IMG/VR virus record: IMGVR_UViG_3300017706_002637
Coordinates: 1-59,626 of that record
DNA: 59,626 nucleotides
Strand: one strand, 5' to 3'
Origin: a virus
Lineage: Duplodnaviria > Caudoviricetes
Positions within the stretch are counted from its first letter, which is position 1; the number at the start of each line of letters is the position of its first letter. Below, in pieces: positions 46,276 through 55,100 of the stretch. The position numbers and the translations under genes were made by a program. Below the pieces are notes generated by a model. It was given only the letters and a program-made list of their open reading frames with translations, did not search any database and was not told the origin of the DNA.

Positions 46276-46944
46276 TTAAGTCACTATTCTCAATGTTCCG
46301 GAATCATTCCAAAGATCTCCAGATGTCAAGCCAGAAGATGAAGTTGGCAGGCCAGAAAATTTTATATTTGATGCGTAAACATTGAAAGAGTCAACGGCAG
46401 AGGCTACTGATCCCACATTAAGAGTGTCTTGTCCATCTGATCCATTAGTTAATATGTTAACAGTGTCATTTCCTGTGCCGCCATCAGAGAGGATGTTTAC
46501 TGTGTCGTTTCCGTTTCCAGCATTAGAAAGAATGTTTACTGTGTCTGAACTAGATGTTCCGACTCCAATATTTAAGTTTGGGGCAGAAACATTTACAGTC
46601 CCCGCCGACTCAATATCTGTGGTCACTGAAGAGTGAATCAGTATAACTTCTGTATCTGGAGATCCTGAGGTTCCGCTTCCAACAATTATTTGATCTGTCG
46701 CTCCACCAGAAGCCTTTAGGTGAATTGAGTTTGGACCCGCTCCAGTTTCATTACCAAGAACAACTGTATCCGCTACAGGGTCAAACGAACTTGAGGTTAT
46801 ATTTGTTACAGCTCCCGTTGAATCTTTATAGTATAGACTAGATCCATCGGTGTATATTCTCAAGCTATTTGCATCTGCATTCGCAGGAGTATCCGTGGGG
46901 CTTCTAACTATAACCTCTTCTGTGTTTACTTTTGCATTTGACAT
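46276..46944 (-). CDS. Beta-repeat fibre/spike-like protein
   Basis: 13-aa repeats DTVNILSxxGxGN. C-terminal GLPTSSSGLTSGDLWNDSGTLRI is typical of fibre-associated proteins. Confidence 0.55.
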   Translation of the reverse strand: MSNAKVNTEEVIVRSPTDTPANADANSLRIYTDGSSLYYKDSTGAVTNITSSSFDPVADTVVLGNETGAGPNSIHLKASGGATDQIIVGSGTSGSPDTEVILIHSSVTTDIESAGTVNVSAPNLNIGVGTSSSDTVNILSNAGNGNDTVNILSDGGTGNDTVNILTNGSDGQDTLNVGSVASAVDSFNVYASNIKFSGLPTSSSGLTSGDLWNDSGTLRIVT

Positions 46945-46946
46945 AT

Positions 46947-47234
46947 CTATTTTCCTCTACTTTTTAATTCATCAGATATTTTTTTAGAAGGCCTAAATTT
47001 AACTTTTTTAAAAGGTTTAAGCATCATACTCTCCATAGTCTTTGGATTACGCACAGGCCTTTCTTTTTGCTGCTCCAAAGAAAACTTTCCAAATCCAACT
47101 ATATATACATCTTCTTCGTTCAAAAAACTTTCTTTTATAATACCAAAAACCTCTTCGACTGCCTGCTTAGATTCATCTTTCGTTAGCAAAGTATTCCTGC
47201 ATAACGCATCAACTATCTTTTTTTTGTTTAACAT
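46947..47234 (-). CDS. HU/IHF family DNA-binding protein
   Basis: IVGFGKF.....KERPVRNPKT.E.......KVKFRPSK. Confidence 0.92.
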   Translation of the reverse strand: MLNKKKIVDALCRNTLLTKDESKQAVEEVFGIIKESFLNEEDVYIVGFGKFSLEQQKERPVRNPKTMESMMLKPFKKVKFRPSKKISDELKSRGK

Positions 47235-47478
47235 TCCTACGTCCAGTTTTAGTTATACTTTTATTATTACTATATTTTGAAGAAACCAAATTGGACAAAT
47301 CCTGATCGATTTGATCAGGGTTTTTGATATAGTGTTTATATATTCTTCCCAACTCTTCTTCCGTCATGTTATCTACATCTAGGCCATATCTTTCGTAAAG
47401 CTCTTCGACTTTTTTAACCAAGTCTTTTGGAAATCTAGTTGCTTCATAATCTGAACTATCTTGGCTTATTGAAGACAT
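47209..47478 (-). CDS. Hypothetical protein
   Basis: 89 aa between khpA and the HU gene. Confidence 0.5.
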   Translation of the reverse strand: MSSISQDSSDYEATRFPKDLVKKVEELYERYGLDVDNMTEEELGRIYKHYIKNPDQIDQDLSNLVSSKYSNNKSITKTGRRNVKQKKDS

Positions 47479-47704
47479 TTACTAAGACCCTTTTGTTATT
47501 TTTTGCACCACAGGCTCTAACAAGATTTCTTATCGACTCTGCAATTTTTCCACCCTTTCCAATGACCTTTCCTACGTCGCCCTCCGAAACTTTTATCTCC
47601 ACAAAGACACCTTTTTCGCTCTCAGATTCCTCTACGAGAATACCCTCTTTGTCAGACACCAATCCTTCGACTATAGTTCTTGCATATTTTCCAATATCAC
47701 TCAT
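47456..47704 (-). CDS. khpA: KH-domain RNA-binding protein (KhpA/YlqC family)
   Basis: ARTIVEGLVSD...V..GDVGKVIGKGGKIAESIRNLVRA; 82 aa; GAGGTG RBS. Confidence 0.85.
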   Translation of the reverse strand: MSDIGKYARTIVEGLVSDKEGILVEESESEKGVFVEIKVSEGDVGKVIGKGGKIAESIRNLVRACGAKNNKRVLVNVFNKPR

Positions 47705-48161
47705 TTATCACCTCTATTTTTTTAGCCTCATTATCTTCTGAATAAAAAGGAATTCTTATCGTAAGAAGGCCATCCTTCATTTTGGCCTCCGCTTTACTTC
47801 CATTTAGGGAATCATATAAAAAATAGCCTTTATTGAAAGCTCTTTTTGCGATTCCTCTGTGTATAAACCCAGGTTCTTTCTCCGTCATACTAACAATTTT
47901 TTCTGTAGAAACCCAAAGAGTGTTGCCTTTGATTGCAACGCTTATATCTTCAGGGCTAAATCCCGCTAATGCAAACGCTAAGTTAAAGAATTCTTCGTCG
48001 CACCACTGATCTGTTTTTGGGTATCTTCCTGAATTAATTTTCTTATAGGAAGATACGTGCGAAAAGAATTCGTCATCAACAAACAGTGACTCTACAACTT
48101 TGGAATCCAAACACATCTTATTTCTTTTATCCAATTTACTCTCCAATATTTTCTTCATCAT
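47697..48161 (-). CDS. Small heat-shock protein (Hsp20/IbpA-like)
   Basis: YPKTD...ALAGF..EDI.V, FIHRGIAKRAF and AKMKDGLLTI; C-terminal IEV motif. Confidence 0.9.
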   Translation of the reverse strand: MMKKILESKLDKRNKMCLDSKVVESLFVDDEFFSHVSSYKKINSGRYPKTDQWCDEEFFNLAFALAGFSPEDISVAIKGNTLWVSTEKIVSMTEKEPGFIHRGIAKRAFNKGYFLYDSLNGSKAEAKMKDGLLTIRIPFYSEDNEAKKIEVINE

Positions 48162-48432
48162 AATAATATGATAGTGTTATCAATAAATTTCCGACAATAC
48201 TTGCCAACCAAGAACTTATACTTGTGCAAAAAGATAATAGAATTGGGTCTACAGAAAAGTAAAAACTCATCATAAATCCAATCCAAACTCCTAAGCACAT
48301 AGGGCAGCTTATTAGCTCTCCTAAAAAATTAGAATAAAAAGAAACCCAGTCTCTAAGTTTTTGAAACAAAGAAGACTGGGTTATAATAATTGTTATTCCG
48401 ACACAAGAAACAATATTTAAAATCATTTTCAA
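48136..48432 (-). CDS. DUF1360-like membrane protein
   Basis: Hydrophobic helices and LGELISCPMCLGVWIG. Confidence 0.7.
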   Translation of the reverse strand: MKMILNIVSCVGITIIITQSSLFQKLRDWVSFYSNFLGELISCPMCLGVWIGFMMSFYFSVDPILLSFCTSISSWLASIVGNLLITLSYYYDEENIGE

Positions 48433-48488
48433 TACTCCTTATACATTATATAATACTAAAAATGTATTGAAAATAATAATAATTTTAA

Positions 48489-49466
48489 TTATGTTTTATC
48501 TTTTAATACCTCTTTCATTAGTTGAGCCACAGCTATGTGCTCAATTTGTGCGTGTGAGGAATTCCTAAGCATGAGAAAGTTATCTAAATCGTCCAGATAC
48601 ATAGAGATATATAATTCCGTAAGTCTTCCCTCTGGAAGAATGAATCTTACATACTCTCTCATTCTTTTATATTCATCATTGGTTATAAAGCCATTAGTCT
48701 TGCATCCTTTTAACTCTTTCATCATACTGAGATAATGAGTTTTGCTTTCATCCATAATGTCTATCATTTTTTCAGTAAGAGAGGTCATATCGTTCTCTCC
48801 ATTAGAATTCGATGATTTTAATATTTCCGATATGTCTTCTGGAATTCCAACAAGTTCTTGTCTGATTGTTTTGTATCTTCCAGAAACCATATTAAAAGAA
48901 GCAGTTCTATGTCTTAAAATCTGAACTGCTATAGAAAGAGGACACTTTACCCTCCAAGTAGCCCTACTCTCTGATCTTGACAACCCTTCGTGAAAAGACA
49001 CCAACTCCACGTCAACCTCGTGAGGAAACGACTTTGTCTCATCTTCTGTAAAACTTTCCTTCTTTGAAAAGTCAAGCATTTTGACTATCTGAGATAATCT
49101 TGGTTCATCTTTTTCAAATATTTTCCATAAATCATTTTCAAATGAGTTAAAGCAAGAATGCTTTGAGAAGTTTAGCAAGTCTATAGTTACCGAAACTCCG
49201 TCTTTAAAATTAGAAGCTTTTGAGTATTTATTATTCAGAAGACTTAGAATATCTAAGTTTGCATCCTTAATGTAATCGAGTTTACTCTGAACGAACGAAA
49301 GCGTAACTGACTCAAATGGAGATGTATGAAGGTGTTCCGCTAAAAAGCAAACAACTCTATCTACATCTTCATCTGTCCTAGTTTTAGCTCTAGACTCGCT
49401 AATGGTTGAGATCCAAGCAGAGTTTGCTATAGATCTCATATCACCAGTCTTAGTCATTACTATCAT
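48489..49466 (-). CDS. thyX: Flavin-dependent thymidylate synthase
   Basis: HTSPFE, QILRHRTASFNMVSGRY (RHRx7S), RFILP and LRNSSHAQ.E. Confidence 0.9.
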   Translation of the reverse strand: MIVMTKTGDMRSIANSAWISTISESRAKTRTDEDVDRVVCFLAEHLHTSPFESVTLSFVQSKLDYIKDANLDILSLLNNKYSKASNFKDGVSVTIDLLNFSKHSCFNSFENDLWKIFEKDEPRLSQIVKMLDFSKKESFTEDETKSFPHEVDVELVSFHEGLSRSESRATWRVKCPLSIAVQILRHRTASFNMVSGRYKTIRQELVGIPEDISEILKSSNSNGENDMTSLTEKMIDIMDESKTHYLSMMKELKGCKTNGFITNDEYKRMREYVRFILPEGRLTELYISMYLDDLDNFLMLRNSSHAQIEHIAVAQLMKEVLKDKT

Positions 49467-50661
49467 CTTTTTCTCCTCTGCAAATAAGAGTTACTACATG
49501 CTCTTTGTCATAAATTCTTTTTGCATACTCCAATATATCTTCAGATGTTACTTCGCTTAGCATCTTAATATACTCTTCAGCAGTACAGGATTTATTTATT
49601 GCCCTAGAAATCTCATAGGAGCAAAGACTGTTACTGCACTCAATAAACCCATAGAAGCTTGACTTAATTTGGTTTTTAATTCTAATTAAGTCATGATCTG
49701 TAACTAGCTCCGTAGTAAGTCTTTCTATTTCAGACTCAATCGTATTTACCGCCTCCTCTAGTCCAGCCTCCCTTGTAGAGAAACTGATCGTTTGAATTGA
49801 CCCATCTCCATCAAACTCTGAGCATCCAGATGAAATAGAGTAAACCAGTCCTCTCTTTTCTCTAACTTCTTTGAATAGCCTAGAGTTCATTCCACCTCCA
49901 AAGTAAGAATTCATCATAGAGGAAATGGCTCTATCTTTTTTATTTTCAATCTTAGCAGGCACACACACTTTTGCGTATACGTGTTCAATTCCAGGCTTCT
50001 CAATCTCTACATTGCAAGACTCTGGATAACTTGTTTGCTTAAACTTAGGCCTTTTAATCCTACCGTTTGGATTTCCAAAGTTATTCCTCATAATTTGAAC
50101 CGCATCTTTCTTTTTCATATCTCCAGAAATAACAACAATTGCCTGATCAATAGAGCAAAATTGCTTATAGTATCTTAGAACCTCTTCTCTTGTAAACGCA
50201 GATATCGTTTCTTCTGTTCCAATTATTGGATATTGCAAATGATTGTCAAACAAAACTTCCGATAAGGACTCCCAGATGTAACTTCCAACTGAATCTGATG
50301 AGCTTACCATTTCTTCCATGACAACGTTTCTCTCTTTCTGAAACTCTTCTTCTGAAAGATCCATATTTGCAATCATATCATGCAAAATCTCAGTAGCCTG
50401 ATCTACATTCTCTACTGGAACATCTATCATATAAGCGACCTTTCCGTATGATGTAAATGCGTTCGCACTACCTCCAATAAATGATATATCGTCCAATAGT
50501 TTTTCCCAATTTCTATTTGTAGTTCCTTTGAAAAAACAATGCTCTAGCATATGAGATATGCCTAGATTGTACTTGTGCTTGACCTCTATTCTTGATCCTG
50601 CATTAAATCCAACCATAATGGTCGCAATTCTGCTTTTACTTTTAACAAATCTTTGTATCAT
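49450..50661 (-). CDS. M16 (pitrilysin) family zinc peptidase
   Basis: GISHMLEHCFFKGT (HxxEH), NAFTS and SRLFKEVREKRGLVYS. Start MIQRF at 50661 has a GGAG RBS. Confidence 0.92.
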   Translation of the reverse strand: MIQRFVKSKSRIATIMVGFNAGSRIEVKHKYNLGISHMLEHCFFKGTTNRNWEKLLDDISFIGGSANAFTSYGKVAYMIDVPVENVDQATEILHDMIANMDLSEEEFQKERNVVMEEMVSSSDSVGSYIWESLSEVLFDNHLQYPIIGTEETISAFTREEVLRYYKQFCSIDQAIVVISGDMKKKDAVQIMRNNFGNPNGRIKRPKFKQTSYPESCNVEIEKPGIEHVYAKVCVPAKIENKKDRAISSMMNSYFGGGMNSRLFKEVREKRGLVYSISSGCSEFDGDGSIQTISFSTREAGLEEAVNTIESEIERLTTELVTDHDLIRIKNQIKSSFYGFIECSNSLCSYEISRAINKSCTAEEYIKMLSEVTSEDILEYAKRIYDKEHVVTLICRGEKDDSND

Positions 50662-50674
50662 ATTTTTCTTCTCC

Positions 50675-50708
50675 AAAAAAAAAGGAGATTGGAACATCCC
50701 AATCTCCT
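50675..50708 (-). terminator. Rho-independent terminator after the VWA gene
   Basis: AGGAGATTGG/CCAATCTCCT stem with a U-tract on the minus strand. Confidence 0.85.
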
Positions 50709-50736
50709 ATAATATACCCAGCGATATGAACGAAGT

Positions 50737-51858
50737 CTAATCCGTTATTACAACTTTTCTTCCGTATGGAAACTCTACCTCTCCACCATTGTTTTCGCAT
50801 ACTGCCCAAAGCACTCTTGTCTTTGGTTTAGGAGGAAATGGTGCATACCCATCTGTGAATATAACCAATCCATCGTAACTTAATTCGTCTGCTAAGTTAA
50901 TAATTGGATGAAAATCAGTTCCACCTCTGCCTATTATATCAATCTCTTTTGCTTTTTTGCTAAAAGTCTCAGGCTCTCCTCTAATACAGGTATCAAACTG
51001 AATGAAGTCACACTGAACATGATCTATCATCCCATTTAACTCTGTTACAAAACTAGACAACTCTTTGTTTGATACAGATCCAGACGTGTCAAAGGCTACG
51101 AGCAACTTTGAAGTGTAGTTTCTTTTGGAGCCAGGATTGGCATAACCATACCTTCTGTTTGGTCTCATTCTAGTTGATCTTCTGCCCATCATAACTAGTT
51201 GATTTATAAAGTATTTAACTTGTTTTTTCCAATTAACCTTTGGCTTATTTGCTGCAATAACTTGACTTGCAATGTTGCCTTTTATATGCCCCCAACCTTT
51301 CTTCTCTTGCTCCTTAATAGCCTTCTCTGCAATACCCCTAACCTTTTCTTCGATAATGTCTTTGTCAAAATCATCCCAAAGACTATGGTCATCTAACGTT
51401 TCCCCCTCTATGTCTCCAAAGCCACCATTACCGTCGCCATACTTATCTTTGAGTTTTGCGTAATAATACTCTGAAGATTTATCTCTCTCAAATCCAAACT
51501 GCTCTGGGTACAAAGCACCATTTGGTAAGCCCTCAATATGGCAATTGATAGCCATATCTGCGGCTATATTATAACCTTTTGGATTAAAATTAAAATGCTT
51601 AATCCTAGTCAAATGATGCAGTAAGAAATGAAGTGACTCATGAATTAGTACTGCAATTAACTCAGAAGAGGATAACTTCTCTACAAAGTCTGAGTTATAA
51701 TAAAGAGCCATATCAACCTTTCTTGTAACCCCAACTGCCAGTGTTGGTATCGACTTAGATTCTTTCTTGTTTAATGATAGAAAAACTACTCCATAAAGAG
51801 GCTGAAAAAGGATTAGTTTTGAGATAGCACTCTCTATTCTTGCTTTTGCTTTTGACAT
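50737..51858 (-). CDS. Metallopeptidase-VWA protein (DUF2201-like)
   Basis: LIHESLHFLLHH (HExxH), NIAADMAIN, MIDAS FDTSGS, GRGGTDF and IFTDG. Confidence 0.88.
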   Translation of the reverse strand: MSKAKARIESAISKLILFQPLYGVVFLSLNKKESKSIPTLAVGVTRKVDMALYYNSDFVEKLSSSELIAVLIHESLHFLLHHLTRIKHFNFNPKGYNIAADMAINCHIEGLPNGALYPEQFGFERDKSSEYYYAKLKDKYGDGNGGFGDIEGETLDDHSLWDDFDKDIIEEKVRGIAEKAIKEQEKKGWGHIKGNIASQVIAANKPKVNWKKQVKYFINQLVMMGRRSTRMRPNRRYGYANPGSKRNYTSKLLVAFDTSGSVSNKELSSFVTELNGMIDHVQCDFIQFDTCIRGEPETFSKKAKEIDIIGRGGTDFHPIINLADELSYDGLVIFTDGYAPFPPKPKTRVLWAVCENNGGEVEFPYGRKVVITD

Positions 51859-51896
51859 AAATAAATCTCCGTTTTAATACTAAATATAATAAATAT

Positions 51897-51932
51897 AAAA
51901 AAAATGAGTAGCCACAAAGGTGTGGCTACTCA
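51897..51932 (-). terminator. Rho-independent terminator between the MoxR and VWA genes
   Basis: TGAGTAGCCACA/TGTGGCTACTCA 12-bp stem with a U-tract on the minus strand. Confidence 0.85.
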
Positions 51933-51948
51933 AACAGACTTTCAGTTA

Positions 51949-53013
51949 TTATGAGAGAAAAACCTCATTAACCTTTTTGTTGACATCTTCATCATCTTGC
52001 CACTCAAGACTTAACTTTTTAGTTTTCTTGCCACTAAGCAATCCAACCCAAGTATCTGATGTTACATCATTTGGCAACATAAGAAAGAATTTCTTTAAGT
52101 TTTCTTTTTGCTTATCTTTGAAAGTTTTTGCATTTCTTTCATTTGCCTCTCTTACAACTTGCTTTGCAAGTGTTGCGATAACCTCAATATCATCACAGGC
52201 TTTCTCTATATCTTTCTTATTCTTTGGAAAATTGTCCAATACATCTTCTGCTCTGAGTAAGGAAAACTCATTTTGGCAAAACTTCTGAAACATAATAGCA
52301 ATCTCTCTACCGACCCAACCTTTGCAGACTTGGGTTAGCATATTATTTACATCATTGTCAATTAAATCCATCTTCTTTGCAAAATCTGAAAAGGCTACCC
52401 AACTTCTTCTCGAAGGATAAACTCTGCCTGCTTCTAAAGAGCCTACTGGCGGATCTAAAAGATTTTGATTTCTTGAAATAAACTGAGCAATTGCAGGATG
52501 AAGATCACTTTTTTCTGCCCATTCCAACCACTCATTTACCGTTGGGTCAAACTGAATGTGAAACCATCTGTCTGCAAGAGCAGGATCAAACTCAATTACA
52601 TCATATTCATCATCTGAGTTTACAGCAGAAACAATCTGCCAACCATCTGGGATTTTCTGCCCATCTAATCTTCTATCTAGGCACAACTCAAATACAGATT
52701 GAAGAACATCTTTTGTCGCTCTATTCAATTCATCTAAGAAAAGAATACCTTTTGAGTCTTGATCAGTAGGAAACCACTCTGGCTTCGCAAATCTTACAAC
52801 TGTTGTTCCATTTTCAAGCGTATGATTGTATGGCAGACCTTTGATATCTCCAACTTCACACTGAGATAATCTTAAGTCATAAAAACCAATTCCTTGCTCT
52901 TCTGCAACTTGCTTTACTACACTACTCTTACCAACACCATGCTTTGCATGAAGCATTACAGATTTATCTTTGGGTGCATTAGTAAGAATAAGTTTTGTCT
53001 GTTTGATGTCCAT
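51949..53013 (-). CDS. MoxR-family AAA+ ATPase
   Basis: HAKHGVGKS Walker A, LFLDELNRA Walker B, AVN, DPALADR and YPSRRSW. Paired with the VWA gene. Confidence 0.88.
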   Translation of the reverse strand: MDIKQTKLILTNAPKDKSVMLHAKHGVGKSSVVKQVAEEQGIGFYDLRLSQCEVGDIKGLPYNHTLENGTTVVRFAKPEWFPTDQDSKGILFLDELNRATKDVLQSVFELCLDRRLDGQKIPDGWQIVSAVNSDDEYDVIEFDPALADRWFHIQFDPTVNEWLEWAEKSDLHPAIAQFISRNQNLLDPPVGSLEAGRVYPSRRSWVAFSDFAKKMDLIDNDVNNMLTQVCKGWVGREIAIMFQKFCQNEFSLLRAEDVLDNFPKNKKDIEKACDDIEVIATLAKQVVREANERNAKTFKDKQKENLKKFFLMLPNDVTSDTWVGLLSGKKTKKLSLEWQDDEDVNKKVNEVFLS

Positions 53014-53085
53014 TTTTTCTCCAATAGGAATAATTTAAGTTTTGATTGAAAGTCTGTCGTGGTAGCCCTTGCCCCCCACAACAAT

Positions 53086-53125
53086 AGTATAACCATATTC
53101 CCAAACGGTGTCGAGGAATATGGTT
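53086..53125 (-). promoter_or_regulatory. Sigma70-type promoter (TCGACA-N17-TATACT) inside an 11-bp inverted repeat
   Basis: -35 at 53109-53114 and -10 at 53086-53091. Arms AACCATATTCC (53091-53101) and GGAATATGGTT (53115-53125). Confidence 0.65.
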
Positions 53126-53162
53126 CTTTTTTCATAAAAACTGAAAATGGACTATTTAAATT

Positions 53163-53450
53163 TTATTTCTTTGGTTTATAAACTTCTAGCATGCTAGTTA
53201 TATTTTTCAAGATGTCTTTCTTGCCCGCTATATCTCCTATTCCTCCCAACTCTTCTGTCTTTAGAAGCTCTGAAAGATTTCCTAAGGAGCCGTCTATCAT
53301 ATCCGATAGAGATGACGTTGTATCTCCCATACTTTCCTCTATACTACACACCTTTTCCTTTATTGTCTGAATTTCTTTTACCAATAAAGAAAGTACCGAG
53401 TCCATCTCTCTTAAATTTTGTTTCATTTCTTTTATGTCGAATTCGATCAT
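53163..53450 (-). CDS. Hypothetical coiled-coil protein
   Basis: 95 aa, coupled to the upstream gene. Confidence 0.6.
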   Translation of the reverse strand: MIEFDIKEMKQNLREMDSVLSLLVKEIQTIKEKVCSIEESMGDTTSSLSDMIDGSLGNLSELLKTEELGGIGDIAGKKDILKNITSMLEVYKPKK

Positions 53451-53995
53451 CTTACCATCTCCTCTATATTTAAAGCCTCATATTCGTTTTTTGGATTTGT
53501 AACAGCTTTACAGTTTTTAGCATACCACAAGTGAGCTATTTCATGAATGTACCTTTTTCCCAAACTAAGTTTGTCATAGTGCGAGTCCGATAAAATTATA
53601 ATATTTTCATAATTTTTATATGAATAAATTCCAAGATATCTTTGGGACTCTCTAGATAAAACTGGAAGGCCATAGTATCTGACCGTATCATAATCATTTA
53701 GATATGAGCTTTTAACATAATAGACCTTTACTTCATCGGACCTGCAAGAGTGTTCTTGGCCTGGCAGTCCGTGCTTTTCCCCATAAAGATTTGAATATAC
53801 TTCGAACCTCTCTAGCATTGAATCTGGACTGTAATTTGATAAATCTGAACCACTTTGATGATACACAGATAAGTTTACCTTTTTCCCGTTATCAAATACT
53901 ATAACTTTTTGAGCATCTAAGTTCATCTTATCTTCATAATCTGATCCGTGAGCATAGGAGTTTGTGGGCATCAATAAATACAATAAAGCAAACAT
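53447..53995 (-). CDS. Putative secreted zincin-like metallopeptidase
   Basis: Short hydrophobic N-terminus ending SYA, YIHEIAHLW (HExxH) and a downstream EYEA. Confidence 0.55.
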   Translation of the reverse strand: MFALLYLLMPTNSYAHGSDYEDKMNLDAQKVIVFDNGKKVNLSVYHQSGSDLSNYSPDSMLERFEVYSNLYGEKHGLPGQEHSCRSDEVKVYYVKSSYLNDYDTVRYYGLPVLSRESQRYLGIYSYKNYENIIILSDSHYDKLSLGKRYIHEIAHLWYAKNCKAVTNPKNEYEALNIEEMVR

Positions 53996-54207
53996 TATTC
54001 TCTTCCTCTTACAAAGCTTCTATTTTTGACCTCTAAAACATAAACGCTTAGATTCGGGTTAATTTTCATTAACTCTAAATGTTCATATGGAACATTGTTA
54101 TGAATTAGAGTTCTCTTTGAATCTTTTGCAACAACTTTTACTTTATAAGTTATCTTTGTCTTTTTAAAAATTTTACTCAAATCTGAAGAATCTTCTTTTC
54201 TTTTCAT
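53995..54207 (-). CDS. Hypothetical protein
   Basis: 70 aa, coupled to its neighbours. Confidence 0.55.
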   Translation of the reverse strand: MKRKEDSSDLSKIFKKTKITYKVKVVAKDSKRTLIHNNVPYEHLELMKINPNLSVYVLEVKNRSFVRGRE

Positions 54208-55100
54208 CTTATTATCAACCTTCTTCTCAAATTATTTACAGAAGTATTATTTGTGCAAAGCGGAAAAATAAAGACACAGTATTTTTCCGGAAGAAAGGAG
54301 GTTACTATGTCGCAAACATCTTCTCCCCTCCTCAATGATAATAATACACATAATTTCGCCTCTAAGTCTGAAATTATTCCTTCGTCTTCATAACTCTTCT
54401 TATATTTGTGTTTTAGATTATAAAAGTGCTTACTTTTTTTAGCCCCAAGCCTCTTATCCACCTTGGACTTCATTTCCCAGCAAAGATCCTTTGCTCTTCT
54501 TTTTGTTACTGACCTTGCAATAATTTGATTCAACTCAGAGCTCAAGGCAGAATTTTTAACTGCGGCTTTCGCTATCATATACTTCTTGTCCAGATAACCC
54601 CTCTTCTTGTCTGTATTAACCATACAGTCTTCGTAAAACAATGGGTCTTTGGAATTAGCTAAGCCGTACCTAACCCACTTGCTAAGAACATATCTTCCCA
54701 TATGCATAGATCTTATTATATTTATATTTTTCAGATAATCTATCTCTTCTGAAAAGTAATTTTTCAATATAACTTCCGCCTCAGATTCTATCTGATCTAT
54801 TCCGCTATCTTTGAAATGATTTAATAAAATTTCTGCACATAAATCTTTTATGTCTTTAGAATAAGATATATTTGACACATCTTTCATTATTTTGTCAAAT
54901 GGATAAATGAAGTTTTTCTTTAGCTCAATATTGTTTGGATAATTACTCCACAAATATTCCAGCTCGGAGAAAGATTCTATCTTTATACTTTTTTTTCCGC
55001 CAAAAGAGGATAGGACTTTTCTTAGCAAATCCTCATGGTCTGCTTTCTGCTGAGCCTCTATCATCTTAAGCGGAGAAAAGTACCTAGACATTATCCTCAA
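54204..55100 (-). CDS. Hypothetical helical protein
   Basis: 298 aa ORF in operon. Confidence 0.65.
   Translation of the reverse strand: MRIMSRYFSPLKMIEAQQKADHEDLLRKVLSSFGGKKSIKIESFSELEYLWSNYPNNIELKKNFIYPFDKIMKDVSNISYSKDIKDLCAEILLNHFKDSGIDQIESEAEVILKNYFSEEIDYLKNINIIRSMHMGRYVLSKWVRYGLANSKDPLFYEDCMVNTDKKRGYLDKKYMIAKAAVKNSALSSELNQIIARSVTKRRAKDLCWEMKSKVDKRLGAKKSKHFYNLKHKYKKSYEDEGIISDLEAKLCVLLSLRRGEDVCDIVTSFLPEKYCVFIFPLCTNNTSVNNLRRRLIIR

Noticed and set aside
50662-50697. Extended N-terminus of the M16 peptidase, and similar long starts at 1350, 22669, 24132, 33613, 35855 and 41685
   Set aside because: The extensions run through a terminator, an upstream gene or the RBS region, and downstream ATGs have better RBSs or ATGA coupling.
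53040-53130. GC-rich structured spacer as a tRNA
   Set aside because: No cloverleaf or TTC loop. It is better explained as a promoter with a leader hairpin.
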